From an uncultured Candidatus Saccharibacteria bacterium (GTDB taxonomy: Bacteria; Patescibacteriota; Minisyncoccia; Phycocordibacterales; JACOZG01): a DNA stretch of 64,000 bases. Below are positions 36,090 through 46,357 of this stretch, in pieces; the first letter of the stretch is position 1, and each line of letters begins with the position of its first letter. The notes below the pieces were generated by a model. It was not told the origin of the DNA. It searched no databases and saw only the letters and a list, made by a program, of their open reading frames with translations. The position numbers and the translations under genes were made by a program. The stretch lies in contig OZ246403.1 of assembly GCA_965230925.1 (NCBI GenBank), positions 394,455-458,454 on the forward strand. The letters are read 5' to 3'.

Positions 36090-37241
36090 TTAAACTTGCA
36101 ACTTTACGAATCTCTTCTTACCAATTTGGAGATCAAGATCACCGCTTACGGCGTAATCCGGGGCGGTGATTTTGTTGTTGTCTAAAGTCTTAATTGCACC
36201 AGCGTCGAGCAAGCGGCGGAAATCACTTTTCGATTCTACTAATTTTTCTCGAATTAAAATGTCTACAAGTAATTCACCGGCTGTCACTCGGGTCGCCACC
36301 AATTCTTCAGGCATCGCGCCATCACTAAACTTGGTTTGGAAGTCGCGCGCGGCGCGCTTCTCCTTCGCTTCACCGTAAATTAATTTCACCAGCTCGCTCG
36401 CTAAACGCATCTTGGCTTCCTTTGGATGACCGGCCAGAATTTCTTTAATTTCACTTTCTGACAATCGAGTTAAAAGTTCGAAACCAGCTGGCACGAGTTC
36501 ATCGCCCCAACTCATGACCTTGCCATACATGTCTTCTGGCGCATCAGTCAGCGCGGCCAAATTTCCTTCAGTCTTACCCATTTTCTTACCGGTATTGTCG
36601 GTCAAGAGCTTGGTGGTAAGCACAAACTTCTCTTTACCTGCGCGTTTGAGTAAAGTGCGACCGGCGAGCATATTGAAGGTCTGATCATTTCCTCCAATTT
36701 CCAAATCCACATCGAGGGCCACAGAATCATACCCTTGCATCAAGGGGTACATAAATTCATGAAGATGAATCGGCTCACCAGCCTTGAAGCGCTTCGAGAA
36801 CATATCCCGCTCAATCATCTGGGCCAAGGTGAACTCACTCGCAAGCTCGAGAATCTCGGCAAACTTAAGCTTACCAAGCCACTTACTATTGAAAGAAATT
36901 TTCACCTTATCGAGATCAATGATGCGCGCGAGTTGCTTTTTATAGCCTTTTAAATTCTCTTTCACCTCCGCGGCAGTCAACTGACGACGTGTCGCGCTTT
37001 TATCCGTGGGATCACCAATCATTGCGGTGAAATCACCAATCAAGATTGTGACTTCATGACCGGCTTCGGAAAAATCCCGCAACTTTAAAAGCGGCACTAA
37101 GTGACCAAGATGCAGGCTGGGGCCAGTCGGGTCAATTCCCCAATAAATTTTTAACTTCGATCCCCCGGCTAGCCTCGCTGTTAAAGTCTCAGTGGCTGGA
37201 TACACCTTCTCAACCCCACGTGTAAGAATTTGGTCTGTCAT
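36090..37241 (-). CDS. tyrS: Tyrosine--tRNA ligase
   Basis: GIDPTG..LHLGH, YPLMQGYD, GGNDQ, KMGKT, S4 domain. Confidence 0.97.
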   Translation of the reverse strand: MTDQILTRGVEKVYPATETLTARLAGGSKLKIYWGIDPTGPSLHLGHLVPLLKLRDFSEAGHEVTILIGDFTAMIGDPTDKSATRRQLTAAEVKENLKGYKKQLARIIDLDKVKISFNSKWLGKLKFAEILELASEFTLAQMIERDMFSKRFKAGEPIHLHEFMYPLMQGYDSVALDVDLEIGGNDQTFNMLAGRTLLKRAGKEKFVLTTKLLTDNTGKKMGKTEGNLAALTDAPEDMYGKVMSWGDELVPAGFELLTRLSESEIKEILAGHPKEAKMRLASELVKLIYGEAKEKRAARDFQTKFSDGAMPEELVATRVTAGELLVDILIREKLVESKSDFRRLLDAGAIKTLDNNKITAPDYAVSGDLDLQIGKKRFVKLQV

Positions 37242-37276
37242 TCGACTAAATTTAACATAATGTTAGGATTAGACCA

Positions 37277-39736
37277 ATGTTAAAAAAGGTTGTCTTAATA
37301 CTTCTGGTTCTCGGTTTTCTCGGGGGCGGAATTTTGGCAGTATGGATCGCCACGATTGATATCCCCGACTTCAACTCGTTCGAAGAACGGCGTATTGTGC
37401 AATCAACAAAAATCTATGACCGCACCGGAAAAGTCCTGCTCTATAACATTCACGATGATGTCCGACGCCAAATTATTTCAGGAGAAAATATTTCTCGGTT
37501 TATTAAAAATGCCACTGTAGCAATCGAGGATGATCAGTTCTATGAACACAATGGTGTTAAGCCCATGGCAATCTTACGCTCAGTCTTCGTTAATCTAGGT
37601 GCCGGCGCCCTTAAACAAGGTGGTTCAACCATTACTCAGCAATTAATTAAAAATTCAGTTCTCACTAAAGAAAAGAAATTTTCACGAAAAATCAAAGAAG
37701 CAGTGCTTGCTTTACGTCTCGAGAAAATGATGGGAAAAGAAGAAATTCTAACCCTTTATCTCAATGAAATCCCTTATGGGGGCAATCTCTACGGTGTAGA
37801 AGAGGCAGCACAGGCCTTCTATGGTAAACATGCGAACGAAGTCACCCTTGCTGAAGCCGCTTATATTGCCGCGATTCCTAAAGCTCCGACCTTCTATTCT
37901 CCTTATGGCCAAAATCGCACTCACCTTGATGAAAGAAAAAATCTCGTTTTAACCCGCATGACCGAGCTTGGTTACATTAAAAACGAAGAAGCAACGGCGG
38001 CAAAAACAGAAACTGTAGTCTTTCTTCCTCCGCAAGATCGTGGAATTAAAGCGCCTCACTTTGTGATTTGGGTTCGTGATTATCTAGAAAAAAAGTATGG
38101 TGCCGATACTGTTCGCCACGGCGGTCTCAAAGTCACCACCACTCTCAACTGGGATTGGCAGAAAAAGGCTGAAGAACTAGTAGCCAAGATCGCTCCAGGT
38201 AATCAAGAAAAGTTTAATGCCAAAAATACTGGACTCATCGCCATTGACCCAAAAACGGGTGAGCTTCTGGTGATGGTGGGCTCGCGAGATTACTTCGAAA
38301 CCGCGAATGACGGTAACTTTAATATCACTCTCACCCATCGCCAACCAGGTTCTTCATTCAAACCATTTGTCTACGCCACCGCTTTTAATGAAGGTTATAC
38401 TCCGGAAACCGTGGTTTTCGACCTAGAAACACAGTTCGACACCAACTGCGCCGATGGTGGTAATTGTTATAAACCACAAAATTACGACAATGTTTTCCGC
38501 GGCCCCATAACACTGCGCAATGCCCTCGCCCAATCAATCAACATTCCTGCAATTAAAACCCTATATTTAGCTGGGATAAAAGATTCCATTAAAACCGCCA
38601 AAGATATGGGGATTAAAAGCTTGACTGACCCGGACCGCTACGGCCTCACTCTCGTCCTTGGTGGTGGTGAAGTGTCGCTCCTAGATCTCACTAGTGCTTA
38701 CGGTGTCTTCGCCAATGATGGTATGCGCGCACCTTATGCAAGTATTCTTAAAGTCGAAGACGCAGAAGGGAAGGTGCTCGAAGAATTTACCCCCACCACC
38801 AATCGGGTGCTCCCAGAAAATACCGCTCGCCTTATCTCTAGTGTTCTCTCCGACAACACCGCTCGGACACCACTCTTTGGTGAGAACAACCTTCTTCACT
38901 TCGCTGGTCGCGATGTAGCGGCCAAAACCGGTACCACCAACGATTACCGCGACGCTTGGATCGTGGGTTACACCCCCTCAGTGGCTCTTGGTGCCTGGGC
39001 CGGCAACAACGACAATACCCCAATGGAAAAGAAAGTAGCTGGTCTAATTATCGCTCCCCTCTGGAATGCTCTAATGCAAGAATTTCTTAAAAATTTACCT
39101 ACCGACGACAAATTTCCTCGACCGGCTCCCTTAAGTAGCGAGATAAAACCCGTCCTCCGAGGGGTATGGCAAGGTGGCGAAGCATATGCGATTGATAAAA
39201 TCTCCAGAAAACTGGCCACAGAATATACTCCCGAAGAATTACGGGAAGAAAAAGTTCTCACAAATGTTCACTCTATTCTCTATTGGCTAAACAAAGATAA
39301 TCCAAACGGTCCTCAACCCTCAAATCCGCGCAGTGATCCCCAATTTGAACTCTGGGAACAACCAGTGCGCCTCTGGGCAGCCATCAACGGAATGGTAGAT
39401 CAAAACAAAAACGATATTCCAAAAGATAAAGATGATATTCATAAACCAGAATTCACTCCTGAAATAACCTTCACTAATATCGACGAAAAGGATGAATATG
39501 ACGCCGATAAACCACTAAATGTTACTGTGGAAGCAGAAGGTAAATATAAACCAACTCAGGCAGACTTCTTCTTAAACAATAATTATCTCGGCTCTAGTCA
39601 GAAAGAACCTTTCTCTCTGGTCTTTACCCCTCAAGAAATCCCCAATATTAGCGCTAGAAATGAATTAAAAGTGGTGGTTTATGACGATGTTCGTAATCGC
39701 GGCGAAGAAACTATCACCCTGAATATCGATAATTAA
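37277..39736 (+). CDS. Class A penicillin-binding protein (PBP1A family) with C-terminal Ig-like domain
   Basis: EDDQFYEHNG, GGSTITQQ, RKIKE, SSFK, SIN, KTG. Confidence 0.95.
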   Translation: MLKKVVLILLVLGFLGGGILAVWIATIDIPDFNSFEERRIVQSTKIYDRTGKVLLYNIHDDVRRQIISGENISRFIKNATVAIEDDQFYEHNGVKPMAILRSVFVNLGAGALKQGGSTITQQLIKNSVLTKEKKFSRKIKEAVLALRLEKMMGKEEILTLYLNEIPYGGNLYGVEEAAQAFYGKHANEVTLAEAAYIAAIPKAPTFYSPYGQNRTHLDERKNLVLTRMTELGYIKNEEATAAKTETVVFLPPQDRGIKAPHFVIWVRDYLEKKYGADTVRHGGLKVTTTLNWDWQKKAEELVAKIAPGNQEKFNAKNTGLIAIDPKTGELLVMVGSRDYFETANDGNFNITLTHRQPGSSFKPFVYATAFNEGYTPETVVFDLETQFDTNCADGGNCYKPQNYDNVFRGPITLRNALAQSINIPAIKTLYLAGIKDSIKTAKDMGIKSLTDPDRYGLTLVLGGGEVSLLDLTSAYGVFANDGMRAPYASILKVEDAEGKVLEEFTPTTNRVLPENTARLISSVLSDNTARTPLFGENNLLHFAGRDVAAKTGTTNDYRDAWIVGYTPSVALGAWAGNNDNTPMEKKVAGLIIAPLWNALMQEFLKNLPTDDKFPRPAPLSSEIKPVLRGVWQGGEAYAIDKISRKLATEYTPEELREEKVLTNVHSILYWLNKDNPNGPQPSNPRSDPQFELWEQPVRLWAAINGMVDQNKNDIPKDKDDIHKPEFTPEITFTNIDEKDEYDADKPLNVTVEAEGKYKPTQADFFLNNNYLGSSQKEPFSLVFTPQEIPNISARNELKVVVYDDVRNRGEETITLNIDN

Positions 39737-39739
39737 CTT

Positions 39740-39997
39740 CTACAATATTTTCTTGGGCGCTTTCTTATCTAACAATTCTCGCAACTCAGCGAGAATTGCT
39801 TCTTTTTTCAAATATATTTCACTGCGCTCCACCGGCTTCAGATCAAGGTAGAGATCAAAATTACTGAGACGTAATTGTTTCGGCTTTAACTCAATCCCCG
39901 TTCGTTTAAACACCACCTCAATAACAACCTCTTTCACCTCCTGATCCGCCGGTTTCAGAACCTTAAATTTCCCTAAATATTTTTCGAGATTGTTCAC
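39740..39997 (-). CDS. Small protein downstream of dnaN, DciA/DUF721-like candidate
   Basis: Position after dnaN; LYLDL..ERSEIYLKKEAILAEL pattern. Confidence 0.45.
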   Translation of the reverse strand: MNNLEKYLGKFKVLKPADQEVKEVVIEVVFKRTGIELKPKQLRLSNFDLYLDLKPVERSEIYLKKEAILAELRELLDKKAPKKIL

Positions 39998-40003
39998 AAA
40001 CTT

Positions 40004-41110
40004 TTACCGATGCATGGGCATCACGAGGTAGGCGTAGGTGGAGTCGCCAACACCTGTTAATAAAACAGGCTTATTGGCTCCGTTAAATTTAAGGGAAATT
40101 TGTTCAGTACCAAGAATCGCTAATGCTTCAAGAAGATAACGGACATTAAAACTCATTTCAACCATGTCTCCAGTGAATACACCATCAATTGTAACCACAT
40201 TTTCTCCCACATCGGCATTTTTGGCTGTAATTTCAAACAATTTCTCATTTGGCACCAACCTACAATCCACCTGATTTAATTTATTAGCGAAGATATTAGC
40301 GAGTTTTAAGGCATCTATAAGTTCTGTTCGAGAGATAACTACTTCTGTTTTATGACTCGCCGGCATAATTTGCCGATAATCTGGATAAACCCCATCAATC
40401 AAACGAGAAATGAAGTATAAATTATCATCAGTAATCGTTAATTGATTTTTATTAAAAACAAAAACAATTTCTTCGTTTGCGTTTTCAAAAAGTCTCAAGA
40501 TCTCCAAGGCATTCTTCGCAGGAATAATAAGTTCGACACTTTTTTCTGACTTCCCTAATCCAATTAATTTTCTCTCAGCAAGACGGAAAGAGTCTGTTGC
40601 CACCAAGATTAGATCATTCTCATTCTGATAGAGATACACACTATTGATCTCTGGTTTAATCGCCGAACTCGCAGCAGAAAAAAACACTGATTTTAAGCCG
40701 TTTATTAAAAACTGACTGTTTATTTTTAGTAAACCTCCATGATCTGAAACCGCCGGAAGTGACGGGAAGTCAGCTACAGGATACCCCTTCAAAAGAGTTG
40801 TATGTTTAGTAGAAGAAATTTGAATATTATCGTTTACTAAATCCAATTTAACTTTTTCCTCTCGAGTTAAGTTGTTTAAGAAAGCCACCAAAGTGCCACC
40901 ATTAACTGCCACTACCCCTTCTTGATCAACTTTTGCTGGAACTTTAATTTCCACACCAACCTCAAGATTAGTGGCACGAATAAATAAGGTTTTATCTTTT
41001 GCTTCGATTAAAACATTTGAGAGAATTGGTAAGGAAAGATTTTTTCCAGTTAAGCGCTCAGCTTGAGCCACTGCTCCCTTTAATTTTTCTTTTAAGCATT
41101 CTACTTTCAT
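40004..41110 (-). CDS. dnaN: DNA polymerase III beta clamp
   Basis: LPILSNV, ATNLE, ATDSFRLA, SRLIDGVYPDY, LVMPM. Confidence 0.97.
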   Translation of the reverse strand: MKVECLKEKLKGAVAQAERLTGKNLSLPILSNVLIEAKDKTLFIRATNLEVGVEIKVPAKVDQEGVVAVNGGTLVAFLNNLTREEKVKLDLVNDNIQISSTKHTTLLKGYPVADFPSLPAVSDHGGLLKINSQFLINGLKSVFFSAASSAIKPEINSVYLYQNENDLILVATDSFRLAERKLIGLGKSEKSVELIIPAKNALEILRLFENANEEIVFVFNKNQLTITDDNLYFISRLIDGVYPDYRQIMPASHKTEVVISRTELIDALKLANIFANKLNQVDCRLVPNEKLFEITAKNADVGENVVTIDGVFTGDMVEMSFNVRYLLEALAILGTEQISLKFNGANKPVLLTGVGDSTYAYLVMPMHR

Positions 41111-41325
41111 ATTATTTTTTCTTAATTAATACAAGAAGTGATAATAGTTCTGGGGAAAAGTGGATTGTCTCTGAAATACATTGATAGTTCCACTGTTTTT
41201 ACTTGGTAGGACTTGGGGAAAAACATACCACTGTCTTTTTGTCTTTTACTCATTAATATCTTTTTATAATTTTCTTTCACAATTTATTCTCAACTTATTC
41301 CCTAGTTATTCACAGTTTATTCAGT
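41111..41325. promoter_or_regulatory. oriC: DnaA boxes, DnaA-trio-like run and AT-rich unwinding region
   Basis: Phased TTATTC-type 9-mers at 41273-41325; minus strand CAATCCACT/TTTTCCCCA followed by CTA-TTA-TCA-CTT-CTT-GTA-TTA. Confidence 0.85.
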
Positions 41326-42672
41326 GTAAAGTCGGGCTCTAATTTGATCAATCTCTTCAACTAAACCTTGGTCGTTTTTTAAATCATGATTAATTTTATC
41401 GAAAGCGTGAATAACTGTAGTGTGGTCGCGACCTCCGAGTTTTTGGCCAATGTAAGGGTAAGAACTATTGAAGTCTTGGCGTAAGATATACATAATCACC
41501 TGCCTTGGTTTTACTACTTCTTTTTTGCGAGTTTTCTCATAGAGTGATTTTTCTTCAATATTATAGAAATCAGCCACAATTGTTGTGAGGTTTTTAATAG
41601 AAACATTCTTTTTGGGTTTGATACTACTCTTCAGGAGATTTTTTATCTCAATGAGGGTTAAATCACGTTTTTTTACATACGCTTGGCAAATAATCGCATT
41701 CAAGGCGCCCTCAAGCTCTCTAATATTATCTTGAACTGAGGAGGCTACGTATTCCAAAATATCTCCATGTAGAGAAAAACCAACCTGTTTGAGTTTTGAT
41801 TGGAGAATAGCTAAACGTGATTCATATTCTGGTTTACTGACACCAATCATCATCCCCCCTTCAAGCCGGGAACGAACACGTTCTTCAAGATTAGGGATCA
41901 ATTTAGGAGCCTTATCGGAAGAAAAGATAATTTGTTTGTTGTTTTCTTGGAAACTGTTGAATAAATGGAATAATTCCTCCTGGGTTTTATCTTTATTAGA
42001 GAGAAATTGCACATCGTCAAGGATTAAAAGGTCGTATTTTCGGTACTTTTCCTTGAAAACAAGAGCTTTGTTGTTTAAAACAGAGTTAACATAGTCATTC
42101 GAGAACCGTTCGGCGGTGATATAAAAGACTTTTTTATTCTGCCCTGCTTGTTTGAAATGATTTCCTACAGCCTGAATAAGGTGAGTTTTCCCCAACCCTG
42201 TTCCCCCGTGGATAAACAAAGGGTTATAACTCTTACCTGGGTTCTTAAGAACCGCTTGAGTGGCAGCATATGCCAACTCATTAAAGGAACCAACAATAAA
42301 AGAGTCAAAAAGGTACTTAGGATTTAAGTTATCCTCTTTATTGATATAGAGTTCGTTAAGACCCAAACCACCAGGAAGGATAGGTTTGTCGTAATATTCA
42401 GCCTTTTCTGCTCTTTTTTCCTCATTTCTCTGGATAATATACTCCAATCCCCTGATTTCTGGGGATAAATCACGAAGAGTTTTGACAATAAAACGATGAT
42501 ACTTGTTTGTTAACCAGTCTTTAACGAAAGTGTTCGGTACTCCTAGGTACACAACCCCTGAATCTTGCTTTACTACTCCAGTATTTTTGAACCAAGTGCC
42601 AAAATTTGCCTTGGAAATGTTTAACTCGATGATACCGAGAACGTCCTCCCAAAGTTTTTTGCTCTCAATCAT
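41317..42672 (-). CDS. dnaA: Chromosomal replication initiator DnaA
   Basis: YNPLFIHGGTGLGKTHL, DDVQF, QEELFHLFN, NIRELEGA, GGRDHTTVIHA. Confidence 0.98.
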   Translation of the reverse strand: MIESKKLWEDVLGIIELNISKANFGTWFKNTGVVKQDSGVVYLGVPNTFVKDWLTNKYHRFIVKTLRDLSPEIRGLEYIIQRNEEKRAEKAEYYDKPILPGGLGLNELYINKEDNLNPKYLFDSFIVGSFNELAYAATQAVLKNPGKSYNPLFIHGGTGLGKTHLIQAVGNHFKQAGQNKKVFYITAERFSNDYVNSVLNNKALVFKEKYRKYDLLILDDVQFLSNKDKTQEELFHLFNSFQENNKQIIFSSDKAPKLIPNLEERVRSRLEGGMMIGVSKPEYESRLAILQSKLKQVGFSLHGDILEYVASSVQDNIRELEGALNAIICQAYVKKRDLTLIEIKNLLKSSIKPKKNVSIKNLTTIVADFYNIEEKSLYEKTRKKEVVKPRQVIMYILRQDFNSSYPYIGQKLGGRDHTTVIHAFDKINHDLKNDQGLVEEIDQIRARLYTE

Positions 42673-42722
42673 CGGCACCAGTATATGCTTCTCGGTAAAA
42701 GTCGCCAAGTAAATTCACTTGT

Positions 42723-42739
42723 TTATAAACAGTGGATAA
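42723..42739. promoter_or_regulatory. DnaA boxes in the dnaA-rpmH divergent promoter
   Basis: TTATAAACA and AGTGGATAA. Confidence 0.55.
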
Positions 42740-42754
42740 GTTATTATCTTGGAT

Positions 42755-42889
42755 ATGTCATTTACCTATAAACCAAAGCGGAAAAAGCGCAAGACCACCC
42801 ACGGATTTTTAGTCCGAAGTAAGAGTGTGGGTGGGCGAAAGGTGTTAAAACGTCGCCGACAGAAGGGTCGGAAGAAACTCTCGGTTTAA
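42755..42889 (+). CDS. rpmH: 50S ribosomal protein L34
   Basis: Not in the ORF track: [44 protein letters not shown]. Confidence 0.96.
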   Translation: MSFTYKPKRKKRKTTHGFLVRSKSVGGRKVLKRRRQKGRKKLSV

Positions 42890-42894
42890 GCTAT

Positions 42895-43245
42895 ATGCTC
42901 CCGGTTAAACATCGCCTGTCCCGACTGTCTGCCGGGCAGGTTTTAAGTTCTGGCCGCTCCTTCCACTCTCCTGTTTTAGGCCTAAAGTTAGCCAAAATTT
43001 CGGAAAATAGTGAAGAAAACAAGTTTCTTTTTGTGGTTCCGGCCAAAATAGCTAAAACAGCGGTACTTCGCCATCGTCTCAAGCGGCAATTGCGCTCAAT
43101 AGTGATAAAAACCCTGCCTAATTTACATAAAAACGGCCTCGGAATAATGATTTTTATGAAAAAAGATGGTGTAATTCTTCCTTTTGCCCGCCTAGAGGAA
43201 GAATTGTTAAATTTGTTCAATCAAGCTAAGCTAATAGGTAAGTAA
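42895..43245 (+). CDS. rnpA: Ribonuclease P protein component
   Basis: Between rpmH and yidC; VVPAKIAKTAVLRHRLKRQLR (RNR-like motif). Confidence 0.88.
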   Translation: MLPVKHRLSRLSAGQVLSSGRSFHSPVLGLKLAKISENSEENKFLFVVPAKIAKTAVLRHRLKRQLRSIVIKTLPNLHKNGLGIMIFMKKDGVILPFARLEEELLNLFNQAKLIGK

Positions 43246-43250
43246 TTCTC

Positions 43251-43997
43251 ATGAAGTATTTGTTTAATCAGGTGTTTTTCTTGCCCCTTTATAATGCTCT
43301 GGTGTTTTTGAGCGGCATCATGCCCGGACACAGCCTTGGTTTGGCGATTATTGTTCTTACTCTTTTAGTTAAGATTGTTTTATTCCCTCTTTATCATAAA
43401 ACAACAACCACTCAGGCTAAACTTAAACTTCTTGAGCCAGAATTAAAGAAAATTAAAGCCGAAACAACTGATAATCGGCAATTACAAGCTCAGAAAATCA
43501 TGGAATTATACCGAGTTCATGGTGTTAGTCCTTTTGCTGGGATTGGGGTAATGCTTATCCAGCTACCTATCCTTTGGGCTCTTTATAAGGTTTTCCGCGG
43601 TAGCTTCGAGTTTGACGGTGCTTTGGTGTATTCCTTTATTAATGCCCCCTCTTCTGTAAACCATTTTCTCTTTGGTATTTTGGATTTAACAGCAACAAGC
43701 TATATTCTCGCCCTTTTAGTGGGATTATCTCAGTATATTCAAGTTCGTCTCGCTCTGCCGCCGGTAAAACCCGATTTGGTTCCCAATAATAACCCCTCCT
43801 TCTCTGATAATTTGTCGAAAAGTATGGGAATGCAGATGCGTTATATCTTACCAGTAATGATGATTGTTATTTCAGCCGGTTTACCAGCCGCCCTCCCCCT
43901 TTATTGGTTAGTAGGAAACATTTTCCAAATTGGTCACGAGGTGTTGGTGAAGAGAAAAGCTTTCACTTTACTCCAAGGTGAGCGCCCACAGGCTTGA
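43251..43997 (+). CDS. yidC: Membrane protein insertase YidC
   Basis: GLAIIVLTLLVKIVLFPL, LIQLPIL, LPAALPLYW. Confidence 0.93.
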   Translation: MKYLFNQVFFLPLYNALVFLSGIMPGHSLGLAIIVLTLLVKIVLFPLYHKTTTTQAKLKLLEPELKKIKAETTDNRQLQAQKIMELYRVHGVSPFAGIGVMLIQLPILWALYKVFRGSFEFDGALVYSFINAPSSVNHFLFGILDLTATSYILALLVGLSQYIQVRLALPPVKPDLVPNNNPSFSDNLSKSMGMQMRYILPVMMIVISAGLPAALPLYWLVGNIFQIGHEVLVKRKAFTLLQGERPQA

Positions 43998-45167
43998 ATC
44001 TAAGCGATTTTTAAAGAAAACCAGGGTTTCGGTGGGATTTAGCATTAATTCCACGGCGTCGAGGGTTATACCACTCTCTAGACCGTAGCTTTTTTGCCAT
44101 ACCAGTCTTGTTTCGCCTGTCTCGGCGTTTATCCACCAGAGACTGTCATCAAAAGTTTTTTCCCCTCGATACCATTCATCAGGATAATTTCCGGCCGGTA
44201 AATTAGTGGGCACGGCACAATAGAGACTCAGTTTGTTTTTAGTCCAAACACATTTCTCAGCTATGGTTTCAAGGGAAATAAGTGAATTATCCTTTGTGAT
44301 TAAGTCAAAAAGGTACAGTCTCAACCCTTTTCCTACGCTCTCACTATAGACAATCTTTTTACCATCTGGGCTTACTAGAGTATTTAGACCTAAAATACCC
44401 CCTAAAACTTTTGTCCAAGCATTACTTTCGGGGTTTAAAAAGTAGAGTGATCCAGGGAGATTAGACGCTGGTTTAGTGAGGAAGCCAAGGGTTTTTTCTT
44501 CAGGCCAAGTGACCAGCCATTCGGTTAAAGGTGAAGAAACAACTTCTTTTTCTGTGCCACCGGCCCAGTTTCTTACTGTGCCTACGGTGTTACTCCCTGT
44601 TTTTTCTAGGGTAAAGAGTTTGTTTCCACTCGGTGAGGCAACAATTTGAGTAATAGAGTCATTGAGTGGTTGATTGTTGGCAAGGAGAAGATTGTGTCTG
44701 GTGTTTTCTTCCTCATAACTTACTGCTGTAAAGGTAGTACTTGCAGTGTGACCCCAAGCGACACTCATGACGCCGGGTAAGGTGGTGTTGGTAAACCGAG
44801 TGGTTTCTTCTGTCTCTAAATCACGGAAATAAATATGACCGGTCGATTTTTCCATATAAGCAAGCACGGTGCTACTGGCTTGAGAAAAGATACTAAAACC
44901 ACTAATAGGCGAATTAACCACTTTAACCAGGCGACCACCAAAACTTTGATTAATTACCTGATCAGTCGGTGTTTCTGTGCCTACATTGCCTTCGTCTGTT
45001 GTATCAATTGGCTTTGCACCACCTTCATCTATGGGAAAAAATTCATCCACTGTTTCAGTGGGGGTTGGTGTTTCCCCATTATCTCGCTCAAAGTAGAAAA
45101 AGAGGCCTAATAAAAAGCCAAGAGCGGCTATGACGAGAATAATAATGATGAGAATTTTTTGACTCAT
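43968..45167 (-). CDS. Membrane-anchored beta-propeller (TolB/WD40-like) protein of the T4SS-like locus
   Basis: TM; SPSGNK and SPDGKKI repeats; KCVW..LYCAVP..YPDEWY. Confidence 0.7.
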   Translation of the reverse strand: MSQKILIIIILVIAALGFLLGLFFYFERDNGETPTPTETVDEFFPIDEGGAKPIDTTDEGNVGTETPTDQVINQSFGGRLVKVVNSPISGFSIFSQASSTVLAYMEKSTGHIYFRDLETEETTRFTNTTLPGVMSVAWGHTASTTFTAVSYEEENTRHNLLLANNQPLNDSITQIVASPSGNKLFTLEKTGSNTVGTVRNWAGGTEKEVVSSPLTEWLVTWPEEKTLGFLTKPASNLPGSLYFLNPESNAWTKVLGGILGLNTLVSPDGKKIVYSESVGKGLRLYLFDLITKDNSLISLETIAEKCVWTKNKLSLYCAVPTNLPAGNYPDEWYRGEKTFDDSLWWINAETGETRLVWQKSYGLESGITLDAVELMLNPTETLVFFKNRLDSSLWALTLE

Positions 45168-45583
45168 TGATCTTCTTGTTGATTTACTGGTTGATTTGAT
45201 TCGAGACTAAAGTTAACTCGCACTAACTCAGGATTAATTTGGCGCAAGAGAATATAAGCAGCTAGAGCGAGAAGAAGACCCCAGAGCGCTTGAGTAATTC
45301 GCTCTTTTGAGCCACCTTTTACCCCTGGTACGCCACTGGCCGCGTATTTTACTCCTTCCCAAATAATGATGAGGATTCCCAAAAGCCCAATAAATCCAAT
45401 GGCTTTAGGAAAAAGATCGGTTAGATATTGAGCTAAATTCCCCACTTTTTCCTGCCCGGTAATTCCCGGCTCAAGTAGACATACGCCATCATTGTCTGAT
45501 TTACAGCCAGTTTGAGCATGCACAAAAGTTAAAAGAGGAATACTGAAGGCAAGAATAAGGCTAAAAATAAGGAGTTTTTTCAT
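45164..45583 (-). CDS. VirB2/TrbC-like pilin
   Basis: Signal peptide, two hydrophobic helices, KERITQALWGLLLALAAYILLRQINPEL. Confidence 0.72.
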   Translation of the reverse strand: MKKLLIFSLILAFSIPLLTFVHAQTGCKSDNDGVCLLEPGITGQEKVGNLAQYLTDLFPKAIGFIGLLGILIIIWEGVKYAASGVPGVKGGSKERITQALWGLLLALAAYILLRQINPELVRVNFSLESNQPVNQQEDQ

Positions 45584-46357
45584 TTAGAAATTAAAATTAC
45601 TCCGGCCATATGTAATATTAAATTTATTAACCACCTTCTGCAGTATTTTGTTGGAATTCTTGGTGAGCAAACTCACTGTCACCTCCCCTGTTTCTCCAGC
45701 TGGTGCAGCAAAGGTGATGACTCTGCCACCTTCAGAACTTCCACGCGCCGGTTTATTATTCACTTGCCAGTCGAAGCTCACATTACCGCGAGTAAAGTCG
45801 CCCAGAGAGACAAAATACGGCTCAGCGAGCAGCATCACCTCCTTCTCGGTAAGCGCGAGGCTACTGCCGAGTGCGGCGCCATAATTCGCACCAGAGAGTG
45901 GTGAGAGTGGGTAAATCACTGCTTTTGGAGTAATTACGGGAATAGTGAGGCTTTTAGTGATCTCAGCGCCATTTCCATTACTTACTTTAACTGTGATTGT
46001 ATTACCTCCTACTGTGGCAGCTTGATAGGTTAAAGTATTTTTGCCGATTCCTGAGGAACCTGGGAGATTAAAATTATCTTTTTTCCAAGTATAGGTAAGG
46101 TTGTTGGGATTCATTCCGGGAAAGTCAGCAAGGGCGACCACTCTCACCTCACTCTCGGAGCTCACCTGACTGTGACCACGGTAAAAAGTTGGGGTGTATG
46201 TTCTTGCTTCAAAGAAAAGGTCAACCGAAGACGGGGTTTGAGCGGCCGCAACCGCAGAAAGCATTCCCATCAAGAGAAGTGGAAGTGCTGTCACACCAAA
46301 TTTCATAGCCTTTAGTTTATCACACCTCTCCTGGAGAGAGTTGAGGAGAACTTTCAT
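45584..46357 (-). CDS. Exported Ig/PKD-like protein
   Basis: Signal peptide (start may be 46306); YTPTFYRG, YTW, AEPYF, FDW. Confidence 0.65.
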   Translation of the reverse strand: MKVLLNSLQERCDKLKAMKFGVTALPLLLMGMLSAVAAAQTPSSVDLFFEARTYTPTFYRGHSQVSSESEVRVVALADFPGMNPNNLTYTWKKDNFNLPGSSGIGKNTLTYQAATVGGNTITVKVSNGNGAEITKSLTIPVITPKAVIYPLSPLSGANYGAALGSSLALTEKEVMLLAEPYFVSLGDFTRGNVSFDWQVNNKPARGSSEGGRVITFAAPAGETGEVTVSLLTKNSNKILQKVVNKFNITYGRSNFNF

